A DNA stretch of 54,128 nt, filler included, from Sphacelaria rigidula (Eukaryota): NCBI GenBank assembly GCA_964200075.2. It is 5 parts of 5 records of this genome, joined end to end, with 100 filler letters (N's around TTAATTAATTAA, not from the genome) between each part and the next. Parts side by side here need not be neighbours in the genome. Positions count along the whole stretch, not along the records: positions 1 to 10,746 come from CAXNAA020005980.1; positions 10,847 to 21,592 come from CAXNAA020005981.1; 3 more parts are not named here. One strand, given 5' to 3'. Both the position numbers and the translations under genes were made by a program. Of the stretch, positions 1 to 12,077 are shown piece after piece. Below the pieces are notes generated by a model, which was given only the letters and a program-made list of their open reading frames with translations, did not search any database and had not been told where the DNA came from. The first letter of the stretch is position 1, and every line of letters begins with the position of its first letter.

Positions 1-245
1 GCCAGAAAAGTGGCTGGTTTGAGGGGGCAAAATCTACATGTAAATCAAAATGACCAAAGCCGAGCGCACACCGAGAAGCTGGGAACTGCCACGCTTGGGG
101 AATCATTTTCGCCAATGTGGTCCGTATCAGGCGCTTCATGCAGTCTGAAACCAGCTATCATGCGCGGTATGACCATTTTCTTCGTGACTTTTTTGGGGTT
201 GGATTTGGATTTGGGGGAGGGGGGGCTTTCACGGTATCACTTGGG
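1..245 (-). mobile_element. Partial, diverged copy of the same MITE
   Basis: CCAGAAAAGTG...GGGCAAAATCT...GCTGGGAA..CCACGCTTGGG...GCGCTTCATGC is the reverse complement of 37020-37203. Confidence 0.7.
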
Positions 246-1127
246 ACATTATTCTTGCCGCGGTACCGAAAGTATTGGTTCATTCTAAATCCAACACGAG
301 CAACAATGTTTGGGATCATAGATGACGGCGGACAGCGTACCGCCGGTGAGAATGACTTGGGTCCGAAGACGTGGTCAACGGTGGTGTTCCCTGTATTCCC
401 GGTGACAACGATGTAGTACGATGTAGTACTGCCACTCTGGTGTGGGTAGGAGGTGGGAGGGTCGTCACGATGGAGGATGACATCAGGCCGATTTGCCAGT
501 GGCTGATGTCCAAAATGGTAGCAGGTCCTGTGCTCAGGAAGGTTACCGTTGACGGTATCAGCTGCTATGTCTGCGTAATGTAGTTGAAGAAGCAAAAATG
601 CACCAAACTGCCAATTTATTTGAATTACATCAAGAAGGGCAAAGGAGTACCGGACGACTAGACCACACCGACCGAAAAAAGGCTAACGAGAAAAACTTGT
701 TATCGTACAACATACAACCCAGACTTGATGAAGAAAGGTTCGTATCCATATTTGGCTTAACGCATGATATTTAAAAATCAGAGTCGTAGCCTTCTAACAT
801 CCGCAGTACTTTATATACGTGTACACGAGCCCTCTGTCGCGAGCTTGAACAATTCTGTCCATCTAACTGAATGTCGCAGAGGCAGGGCTACGCCTCTGGA
901 GTGCGGTGTCATCGTCCACGAGTCCAAGTTCTTGCATTCACTCACCTATTTTCGCTACTCAGGCTGCCCGTGGCGCTGTACCAACACGGATGGGCATCTC
1001 AACATGCAGTGCACAATTTTCGGAGCTCAAGATTTTGGAGCTGTTACTACGCTGCGCCGAACGGAACCATTACTCGTACTGAACTGATGCATCTTCTTTT
1101 CTTTTTCTTTGTTGTCGCCGAACACAG

Positions 1128-4100
1128 TCATTCGGCCGGCGCTATCAAAGATTCGCGTATAGCGTGGACACGGCGTACACCAGCAGGGGAAAGTACCAAC
1201 AAGCGCGCTGACAGGCAGCGAATAGGGAAGGGGGGGGAAGAACCCGTTGAACGACTGGGCCTGTTGCTGACCAACCTGAGGGATGCCGCCAAGAGCCCTC
1301 TTTCCCGGTTGAGGAGCCACAGGAAGTCGTGGTTCGCTCACGAAGACGTTAACCGAAAAGCACAAGCTGCCGCCAAGGCTGCGGGGTTACGTCCAGACTA
1401 CAAGCTTACTTTCTGGGGGTGCATGGTTGCAGGGGCGGTTAGCCGAAGGTGAGAGATTGGTATATGATGCTGATCTTGTTCGTGGATATTGAGGACGTGC
1501 TGGTTGGTGGTGCTGAGGCTGGCTATCACAGCGCACGATGCGCAGCTCTCGGTAATGGTGGTGTGTGTTGTGCCAAAGCTTTTACTTGTGGTGTCTGTGT
1601 GTGATGTGCGGAGTGTCAGTCTTTCAGTTGCGAAAGTAGTCCACTCGGTTGAAAATTTTGATATATGGTTGCGCATTTATCAGTCGGTCTCGTCAGAGCT
1701 ATACATTCTGCCAGAGACAAAATTATGAAATCTCGCGCCAGATCTCGGACTGCTGAAATCAATTCTTTGATTTGAGTTGTCAAGATGACGGCAGTACATG
1801 AATGATCCGAGGTGACCAGCTCAGTAAGAGCTACACATGAGAAGTGGCATTTGGCAAGTACAAGCTTGCCCAAATACTCGACTAGTACACCAGCAATACA
1901 TTGAAGCCGGTATGTTGTGGATGTTGATACTGTAGGGGTTTCAGCCGCCATTCGAGGGCACCTCCCACTCCAGCTGGTAACGAGGCCCCGCCGGGGGCAG
2001 GAAAAGCACGTGTTATGACCCTTTCTGTCTTCAAAATTCAAGTAAATATTGTATTAATAGTGCCCTCACCCCCAGTGCAGCGTTTTATGCGCACAAAGCT
2101 TTATTTTGACGTGAACAATGCCGGAAGAAAGGAGGGAAGAGGCATACAAGGACACCCATTCCGTCCTGACTGGGGCGTTCGTGCTCCGGATCGCTGCTTG
2201 AACGATCGGGTAGGGCGGTGTGCTACTGTCGCGACAGGCAACGACAGCACCTTTACCCCCCTCCCCATTGCAGCAAAACCAGAGCACAGTCAACGTGTAA
2301 CGATACTTGGAAAATGACCACGACGCGTAGGGTTATATACCAACAAAATTTGCCAATACTGTCGCCGCGCCAGGAGGGAGTGCAAGCTCAACCATGGTTG
2401 GAACCATTCTTTTTTGGGTATGAGCTGCTTATCCTACTCCCAGCATCACCGATGATGTTGTTGATGTTGTCGGGAAATACGAACACAACAAGCTGAATAA
2501 GTTGTGCGTTCACGTTGTTGTGACAGCTTGCTCACGGTCATTTGGTGGAGGTGGGGTGTTGTTGCGAGAGCGGGGATATTCAGAACTATTTTTCTGGAAG
2601 AAAAGGGGTGGGTTCGGCTGTTGCGTTCCCTTGGTTCAGTCGCTTGTTGCGTGTGAAACTTTAATTCTGTGGGTGCACATGAGTGCGGTTTGGGCGTGCA
2701 GGTGGCTGCCGGCTATGACTGGGCGAAGTGCGACGTAGTCGCGAGACGGTACCATCCCAAACGAATAGCTTCTTGCCGTGTGTTGCGGGCCTTTCTCATT
2801 TATTTACTGTACCACAACGGATGGGGCGAGGTCCCCCCTGGTGTGTACGGCCGTTACGAGGCTAGATGCTTTTTGCTTAACTTTGTTTTGGCATGGCTCC
2901 CTGCATGTATATCCCCAGTTGGTTTGCGCAAAGAATTCCGGACGAAAATAATATTTGCTGCGTGTTTTTACCGATTTAATATGATCGCACACATCTTGAA
3001 CATTTTCCAGGAAAAATACGCGAAAGTATGCCTGTACTCGATCGAAAACCCCATCAAAACCACTCGAACCGGTACTCAGCCCCCAACAAGTGTGTATAGT
3101 CACTGCACCCCGGTGGTGAAGCTTATGTATCATCGGTCAGTTTGGGCGGAGTAGCAGTAGTGGGTTGTAATTCCGACAGCAATGCCGTAATTTGTTTTTT
3201 CCCGTCGTGGGCAGGGTGGGAACTTGGGTTGACGTGACTTCGATGAGAGTCGAAGGGCTACGGGAGTGGTCATCACCCATCACGCAATGTCCAGTAGTCA
3301 GAGGCAAGGCATGTACCGGGGACGATAGGTTGATTCCTTCGGATCACGAAATCGTCTCGAGGAGCTAGAAGTGGACGGGGGTGTACTCGTGATCTTTCTT
3401 ACAGCAGTCTCTTGACCTTTGACCTCGCATCCCTACAAGCCGGGACGGAGCGCGCCGGGTTTTCGCTGGACCAGGCTCGCACTCAGTCACCCAGCGCGAA
3501 ACGCCATGGTGTGTTCGGCGAGTCGCATGAAGGTTGAGCTGCATCCTGGTAGGAATGTTCGGCCCGAAGCGTACTGATTATCTTGCATATGGATGCCAGC
3601 CTACAATTAGTTGCTTTATTTTCTGGTATCGCCACTTCCAGAGACAGCCGCGGGTTGCACACTGCCGCATGGGGTGTCTCACCAGTTGAACACTACGTAG
3701 TACGATTATCCCCACCGTGCGGAGTTGAGGTTCCTCCACGCCGCACAACATGATCTAGCTCGACCACCATCATGGTTACCGCAAAAAAAACGCAAGCGCG
3801 CCAACAGAAATCGGTAACCTGGTTGCCTAGCTTACGCAATAAGTGGCGTGTTATATAGCATCATCGCCAACCGACGCCAACCCCATCGGGGGTCTGACAG
3901 AGGGAGGTGGAGGTGGTGGGGGGGTCGAGAGCATGACGAGATGAATGAGGTAGTGAGTGAATAGTAACAGTGGGAGGGGAAGCTGATATGCAGTTGCAGT
4001 ATGTTGCCATATGCCGATATTCACCAACACGAGCTGTTTCCCACTACTTCTCCCTGCAGCAGTGGCTCTAGCACGCTTGTCACTCAACGAGTCAAATGTC

Positions 4101-7100
4101 TATCGCAGCGCTGAGATTACTCGCCGGGGGGCTGCTAAAACACGAAGCTATGAAAAATGCGTGATGGGGAATGTGTCGGTTGTTACCTGGCCTGTGCTTG
4201 ATTCCCCCTCTTTCCCCCGCCCTCTGTATGCTGTCTGACCGTTAACGATACGGCAATCCCCAAGTGTGGCACAAACAGCACTACATCCTGCCAACGTAAT
4301 CAAGACGCTACTACAAACCAAGGGTTCCTTCAGAGCCATATTCCCGCTCTCGTGGCAAACGCTCAGCAGAGGAGCAGGCGCTCAGTTCCTCTTGTCGCTG
4401 CCGAATGGCGCATTACACTTCGCTGTGTTGGAGGTGAGCACGTCCTCTAGTAGTACAGGGATGGGGAACATGTACAGTGTGTAAGGGTCTAAGCTAGGCC
4501 TAGCTCCATCTTGGTGAGGTTCGGGTAGTACGCTCGCTCACCCGAAACGGTGAGATTGATGTTCAAGTGTTGCTAGGTTCCGCTTTGAGCCCCACGTTCA
4601 CATTGACCCTAGTAACACGGACTATATTTGGTGCACAGCTCAGTCCCGATGATCGCCCCCGCCTGTCTCAGCTTCCTGCCGTTGCCGTTGCCTTGGAAGG
4701 CGAAGATGAGCATTGCGTTTGACGCATTCACCATCCCATTCTGCTCAAGCACACCAGGTCTTCCTCACAATCCTCTAAAAAAAGTCGAGAGTACGGACAC
4801 GAAAAAAAAAAAATGAAGTGTCACTGAGGTCATGTCCCAATGAAGAAGGCAATGCAGGTGGATGCTGGACTTGCAAGACAAAAACAGCAGCACCATTGAC
4901 TGATCGTCTGACGAAAATAATCACAAAGCCCAAGATTATAGGTTTTTATACACCGGTGCCTTCCGCTCACACACATGCCTTTGCTCTCCTCTGCAGAACA
5001 CCAAGGCTAGCATGGCCGAGCTATTCCCAGCTAGGTCTGCGTCGTTTCTGCTGGATTTTGCTTCTTGCTCGGCGGCGACGACGTTCTGCTCCATCATGAG
5101 CACACCCCAGGTATATTGGCTGGAAGCTGGACAAGGGAGGGTGGTGTGGTTGGATCCAATAACACGAACTCGAACTAGTCGGTACTCGATATCTCCCCCC
5201 CTCCCCTCCCCCCCTCCTCTTTTCTTGGAGAAGTTAACTAACATGACATTCGGTCGTATATCATGTAGGGAAACAACATTGCACTGCGACTTGCATCATA
5301 CTGCAGGTTTTTGCCCAAGTTCAAGCAGTCGAAATGCATGTGCCTCGACGCCCCATGTCCCTGCTACAACTTTCCCTCGACCATGTGGCCAGTTCCTACA
5401 ATATACTAACAAGCCTTTCAGGAAACGTTTGAGCTCGCCCGCGCGAAGAGTCCATACCTCGGACGAGGAATTTCATTGTCAAAAAATGTACTGCGTACAG
5501 TATAAAATCCATTGCCTATTGCAAGAGCCGCAACAGTCGGTACTGTATGCAGTACGCTTTTTGACAAAACAATCTATTGTTGTTATTCAGGCTGTGAAAG
5601 ATATGCACACCACGTGTCGAGATAGCACAACGTCGCCGAGCTTGTCGGTCAGCGCTGACCTGTTTGGCACCGTGGACATTGTGACATGTCAGCAATAGCT
5701 GGTTCCGGTGTTTGATCCATCTCCATGATCGTTATTGGCCGATGTGGTTGTGTTGGGATACAGAGAAGGGCGCTCCACTGTCATCAGAATAAACACAAAA
5801 AACCTGACGTAGCAGCACCGTTGATTACAGGCACGAAAGTCGCAAACAACCACCGAGCTGCTAATACTAAGTCAGCGCCGACGGCTTGGCGCAATGGTCG
5901 TGGTGACCTCTTAACACCGCCTACCACGACACGGCTTTCTTGTCGCTGCAGTGAGGTTCATCTACTGCATTGAGCGGAAAGGGTTGCAGTAACAGACGCA
6001 TGACCATAACATGACACCGTCAAGGTGGAAGCATAATTTCGTGCTGACGTGAAAATTGTCTCCTCAGGCTTCACTCTTTCGCTACGAACGTGGTATTCGA
6101 TGAAACTCAGTGCGCCCGTCTCTCAATCGCACTATTCCCGTAGATGGTTCTCACCAACCGAATTATGGCGGGGGTGTACCCGAATCTGCTGACGGGGGTC
6201 CGGAGCGTTGTTCGGGAAGCAGGGGTCAAGGGTTTCTACGCGGGGTGGTGGCCGGGGTTGGTGCAGAAGATTCCTTCCTACGGGCTGACGTGGGTGTTGT
6301 TTCAGCAGGTGAAGGACCTGCACTACACGATCGCTAAGCGCTTACCGACGAACAGCGAAAACTTCTGGCTAGGGTGAGCCTCTTTTTCGTAAGCGGTACG
6401 AGTAGCCTCGATCGAAACTTGCACAGCACAGCGACTTGTTGAGGTCACGGCACAGCCACGTGTGAGCTGCAGCCTTTTTTCGAGAAGCCCTCCTCCAGTA
6501 CTGTTCCAAAGATGATGCTTGACTTTTTCGTTTGTTTCCTTTCAAGCGTACGCTGGGCTGGTCGTTGCGCCTTTTACGCCCGTGCTCTCATGATTGGGCG
6601 ACCGGCCCAACGACTACTTTTCTCGTCTTGTGTTCTTCCGGTGAGACTCGGCCGCTGCGGATGTATGTGTGGTGAGTCTTGATGCTCTTGAGGGTAACCC
6701 TGTATGCTGCGTTTCGAAGTGACGCGTAGCGGAATTAAGAAGTAAACCTTAAGAGAGCTGTGATATTGATGCAGTTGTGTGTTTCCGTGCCCGGCATGAT
6801 GTGGTAGAACGGTGGTCATATCACGGGTTCAACCACAAGCACGAGTTGAACCCTCTTTTTGGTCGCTTCACAACCGGACAGGCAATACGTGCAGTCTAGC
6901 GTGGTTAGCGGATCCTTGTATACATCACCAGATGTCACCCACCTACAAGATGCCGGTGCTATTTTGGTACGATGTTCGCAGTTCACATGTCTTTGTTCTC
7001 TGTATGTATGTACTGGTTCGTGATGACAGGTCTGTTGCGGCCGCGGGATCGGTAACCATCATGATCCCGATGGACACGGTGAAGACTAGACTGGTCACGC

Positions 7101-7252
7101 AAGGCGTGGGATCGAAGTACAGCTACACGGGCATCCTCAATTGCTTCACGAGGATGATCCGAGAGGAGGGTATCGGCAGCTTTTACAACTCGCTCACCCC
7201 GCGACTCGTGTCTGTCGTGCCGATGATCGGCGTGCAGTATTTCGTGTATGAG
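1128..7252 (+). CDS. Mitochondrial carrier family (SLC25) protein, partial; exons 1128-1448, 4265-4433, 4997-5110, 6144-6373, 7030-7252
   Basis: Exons join in phase at GT-AG sites, giving ...FWGCMVAGAVSRS|VAQTALHPANVIKTLLQ...LHFAVLE|NTKAS...STPQ|MVLTNRIMAG...GFYAGWWPGLVQKIP...NFWLG|SVAAAGSVTIMIPMDTVKTRLVTQ...GIGSFYNSLTPRLVSVVPMIGVQYFVYE. Three carrier repeats are present, with a canonical Px[DE]xx[KR] motif in repeat 3. Start and terminal exons were not located. Confidence 0.9.
3238..3685. repeat. Unclassified interspersed repeat (copies at 43612-43990 and, reversed, 32539-32612)
   Basis: Long colinear similarity, including identical TGGTATCGCCACTTCCAGAGACAGCC and CTGATTATCTTGCAT. Confidence 0.8.
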
Positions 7253-9456
7253 GTGAGGACGCCTTCGAGGGGCGGACGAATGAATGATTCGTCTGGAAAT
7301 TACTTGATTTTTGTGTAAATGGTTCGTACCGTACGAATCAATCCTTGGGCTTCGTATTCAGCGTTGCAACCCAGGTACGCGCACCCTAGGCATGTGGAAT
7401 GGCGCAAACGTTGGCTCACCTCCCACAGATAGGGGTAACTAGAAATGAATTGAAATATCTTCGCGCGAAGCGCGATTATGGCTGAGCGTTTGAAAATTAC
7501 CACTGGGGCAAAAATCGAGGACCCACCCGGAATCAGGGAATAACTTATCGAATGGGACATGCCCTGTATCACTGTGCTGCAGCACAAACACACTCATGCT
7601 CTGGGTTGTGTGCTGTAGCTGTCGCTGCGTTGTGGCATCTTCGGGCCTTTGTGGAGACGGTTTGATCTCCGCTGGGGATGCCTGAGTTGCTTTATATTGT
7701 CATTCCGTTCGTTTCTATGAAAAATAATGTCGGCACGCGGTGCTCTCTACACACTGTTGAAACGTTCATGATGTGTTGGCTGTTTCGTCTCGAGTCAAAC
7801 GAATAAGGCGCTCCCCAAACCCATCATTTAAATGCTGTAGTTGTCGCTGTACTGTTGTGCATCTAAACACTCTACGGTGATCACGGTGCGATGTGCGCTG
7901 GAGAATGCCTGAGCAGTTGTTGTACTGCTGCACGCTGTGTCTCGGCCTGCACAGAGTTGGGGTGGGATCAAAGTGCTGTCCAAACAAAGAAAGGTTGAAT
8001 CAACCGTCACGTGACGGCTCTGCAGCTGTCTGCTGCGTCTTCTCTGGTACTTCAGTTATGGTCGGGTGCTGAGATCGGCGAAGACACGCAAGCCGGGTGC
8101 TTGCAGGTTGGGGCAAACAAACTGAGCCAGCACGGAGCTGCTGTATCCTCGTTTATTGACGGTAGCAGCTGTCGGTGTGGCAGCGGCTCAATGTGTGGGC
8201 CAATCAAAGCTACTTTTCGATTCATATTCCGCTCGTTTTTCTCATGTGATTGAAGAAAGGTCGCCACATTTTGGTGTATTTCAAGACGATGATTGATCGA
8301 AAAACCTCTCCACTCATGAATCTTGCCCCTATCTGTGGGCCCCGTGCCCAAAAATTGCATTGAGATCCTTTTGACCAGCGGTCAACATTTTTCCCTCTTT
8401 CAAGCAATCAGGCCTAAGAAATCGTGGGTTTGGTTATTCGAACCAGCAAAGATTCATCCAAACTGTGGAAGCTTTTGATAATGTCCTGATCGGGCCTCAA
8501 CGGAAGCAGCGCAGTTGAGAAGTTGTCTTTATGCCAAAACAGCTTGTACATGGCCAGATGTGTATCTCAACACGCATCCTCCCGGACGGTATTCTCTAGA
8601 GATCAATCTACCACTAGATGGGACGAGTAATTTATCTGGAATATGTTATGTCGAACTAACGCTGACCCTGACCCCAACCCAAGGAATACCGAGAACCCAG
8701 GGGCCCCTAGGCAAAGTGTGGCGTTTGCAGACCTCGAATCGGCGCCGATATAGACATGAGTGTGTTCTGCGCACACCAGGAGCACCTGGGACTGTCAGTC
8801 CTACTTTATTATTATGTTAGTATTATTATCCTATATATTATTAGGCTAAATGATCCGCCGCTCGATACTGGAATCAAGTAAGCGTGTGATCTTTCTCGGA
8901 ACAGTAATTTACATCAAACACACGGACTGAAGAGGAGAAAACAGTCACCCTTCTCGATCAAACTGCAAACGCAGGTCGAAAGATAGTCCGCGGCATTTGG
9001 TCAAGTTGAACCAGTACCCATAGAATTTTAAAACCCAGTAGTCTGGACATTTCCAATCCGACACATCGCACCCGTCCAAAGCAATTCAGTGTTTTTTGTC
9101 AGCATCGCAAAACACTGTACTGTCACCTAACCTGGAAACCCATCGCCCAACAACGGGACGTCCGACGCACGTGCGCTGCTAGAACGCAGTATAACGCACT
9201 GCCATGTACACTGGTGACTGGTGGGAAGAGCGTAGTGCGCTGCTGTCGAACGCTTTGTCACCTTACTGCCGGGTGGTTGTTCCCGCCTTGGATTTGAATG
9301 TGATTTGTTTGTTGTGTACTGAGCGCCGAACGTTCCCTCCAAAGGAGATCGCTTTCCTTTCCAGATGATTTGAAGCACACTGTTGTACAGCCCCCAGGAA
9401 CAGAGTTGAACTTCGATTTTCACACCGCTAATATATCTCTATCTCAGTGCTTCTAA

Positions 9457-9565
9457 CCCCTTGACCGCAAGGGTTTGTGATCTGGGTCTCATATTCAATG
9501 TTCAAGTGACTGAGGATGGTGCCGACTCTACAGATGACAGAGGACCCACCCGGGCGCTCAAAGGG
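9457..9565. mobile_element. Older degenerate copy of the piggyBac-type MITE
   Basis: CTAA-CCCCTTGACCGC...CTCAAAGGG-TTGA, with an internal TGCCGACTCTACAGATGAC similar to the 9789 copy. Confidence 0.55.
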
Positions 9566-9788
9566 TTGAAGACAATGTACAGAATGGATATACGCCTCAC
9601 AAATCGGTTTTCAAACCCAAGTCAGACCAACAAATCCCTACCAAGTGGTGAAATTCACTGCAGCAAACACTCATTTTCCGTATATGTTGTGCTGGGCATG
9701 CACCCTCACAAAGAGGTCACGAATTACGAAAAGACAAACGATGGTGTTCGTGTACCCAGCTGTGCAGTGAACCCAAGGGTTCGCTTAA

Positions 9789-9887
9789 CCCTTAGACCGC
9801 GAGATGAGTCTTTCTGGACCATGCATACTTTTTTTTCACTTGAAATTGATGCCGATTCAACAGAAGACTACCCTCGCGGTCTAAGGG
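9789..9887. mobile_element. piggyBac-type MITE (99 bp)
   Basis: TTAA-CCCTTAGACCGCGAG...CTCGCGGTCTAAGGG-TTAA: perfect 15-bp TIR and TTAA TSD. Confidence 0.9.
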
Positions 9888-10746
9888 TTAACCCTTAGAC
9901 CGGTTCCCAGAACCGTCGCGGTGTCGAGAGGTCTGAATCGGAGTTACTTTTATGCGTGCCGTCATGCATCATGTATGATGTGTACCCAGTAACACAGAAG
10001 CAACACCATGGCGACTGGCAAAGGTAAAGGGTGTGGCGTGTACTACAGAAGACATCATCATGGCGACCGTAGTATGCCGTTCTGTTTGCTGCAATTGTGT
10101 GCGTTTGGTCGGGTTAACAATTTGTGAAGGTATAACACCGTTCATTCATCTCATCCTGTCACGCCCGTAAACATATCCAAACCTATCTCCGACTGCGGGA
10201 CAATCACCCGTGTTCCCGGAAAGCGGTAGCTGGTACACACAGACACTACAACAGTGCAGCTGGTTACGATGCAGACCTCACGGCTGGCTCGAACGGTGGT
10301 CAGTCCAAAAGTGCAGTGCAGTACAGTACACAACAGTAATGAGGTCGTGCATTTCGCGGCGGTTTCGTCGGCACTGTCTGTTTCACACCGTCGTGACTCA
10401 GGGGTTCAAGGACACTTCGTAAATGGTGGTGGTACGTGCAGATGCATAGGGCATGACACACAGACGGCGATCAAGCGTCACTTTTAGAGCGGGCGGCAAG
10501 AGTGACGATCTCCAAAGGAGTAATCCGATACTCGACGATACCCGCAGAAGACGGGAGGAATGCGGCGGGGGGCACAGAGAAGATAGCATTGTACTGTACT
10601 GCGCTGCGCTGTACTGATTGTACTGTGCTGTACGGTGCACTTCGGCTTTGTCTATTTACACAGAGAGCAGCCACCTCATAACAGCCGATTTTATATTTTG
10701 GGGTTCAAACAAAATATGGGGCTGAAGTGGCATATCTCTCTTGCAC

Positions 10747-10846
10747 NNNNNNNNNNNNNNNNNNNNNNNNNNNNNNNNNNNNNNNNNNNNTTAATTAATT
10801 AANNNNNNNNNNNNNNNNNNNNNNNNNNNNNNNNNNNNNNNNNNNN
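10747..10846. other. Artificial contig spacer
   Basis: N44-TTAATTAATTAA-N44 (stop codons in all six frames). Confidence 0.97.
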
Positions 10847-10980
10847 CTAAAAACAAATAAAAAAGAACAAGCTCCTGTGATGACCTTCCTCCTTTGTGAC
10901 CCCGGCTGATGCACCCACATATCCCGAAAGGTGAAGACTGGTGTCCAGAATAGATGGGACGACAACACACAACAACACAC
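10847..10980 (+). mobile_element. 3' end of the same SINE, cut by the contig start
   Basis: CTCCTGTG...GTGACCCCGGCTG...CCCACATAT...GACTGGTGTCCAGAATAGATGGGACGACAACACAC aligns with 39663-39794. Confidence 0.8.
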
Positions 10981-12077
10981 TGCTCTGAGGGTTAACAGGC
11001 CTCTTGTTTTGCTAGAAGCCAACGTGTCGTGTAATCGTTCAAAAGGTGAGAGTCACGCCGGTCGAGAAAAAGGTCACTCTCAATGCCATATCCAGTTCTC
11101 AATCTCACTAAAACATCGTTAGCTGTGGCGACGTGCACCGAACGAATGCGGTACACACTTGTGTCGATGATGACACCACCGGAGGAGTAACGGCAGAGAG
11201 GAAGCTCCTCGCCCGCGTCCTTAGTGTCCTCGCTTAGCGATTCCAAATCGCTCGGGAGACTGGCATCATGTTACCAGCATATACCCAATTTGCCATGTAG
11301 GCGGGTACCAGATTTGCCATGTAGGCAGGTGGGTTTTTGATGAACAACCCCGTAGCGGGGAGGGATGGCTTGACCCCTCAAGACCACGGGGTTCGTCTCG
11401 AAGAAGACTTATACCATCGAGTGCGGTTCCCCTCATCACCGAGCACGTCACGTTCAAATGCTCGCGTCACCGCTACGGCAAAGAGGAAGGTGTGCATGAA
11501 AACATAACCGAGATGAAACACAACGAGAAACATTGGAGGAGCCAACACCTTCTCATGATATCCCCGCATTTATTCCGAGGCGTCGATGGTTGTCACGAGG
11601 GGGGGCTCTTCGCCCCCTCAACAGGTACTGTTCTCACAGCAAACGGAAATCCTTTGTCACATCAATCGCTTCCCACAACAACTCGAGAACAACCAACACA
11701 CAACCTCGCCGCCGCCTTCCACTGCACTTGACAGGATTTGCGCTTCCAAAAACAACAACAAATCAGCATGCATGCTCTCTGCCAGATTCGCACTCGCTTG
11801 ATACAATATATTGTTACAAGATACGCGCACAGGGAAAAAACGACAGTGTGCGGGAAGCAAGTCACTTCTCCCATCCGTCGATGGCAATTAAACCACGGAT
11901 AGACGGGGAAAACTCATGTCCCATGAAAACTATCTTCAAACAACAGCAGTCTTCAGGTCTTCCTCCAATCGAGGGTGATTTCGGAATATGGAATAATCAT
12001 TTAAATATCCATCTTACTGACTTCCAATCGTGCTTTCCTCTACATTTCAAGACATGTCACAGATCGACAACACATGA

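Noticed and set aside
10402-10487. Candidate last exon of the carrier gene (GFKDTS* or TAIKRHF*)
   Set aside because: Too short and ambiguous to choose without transcript data; the true exon may be off-contig.
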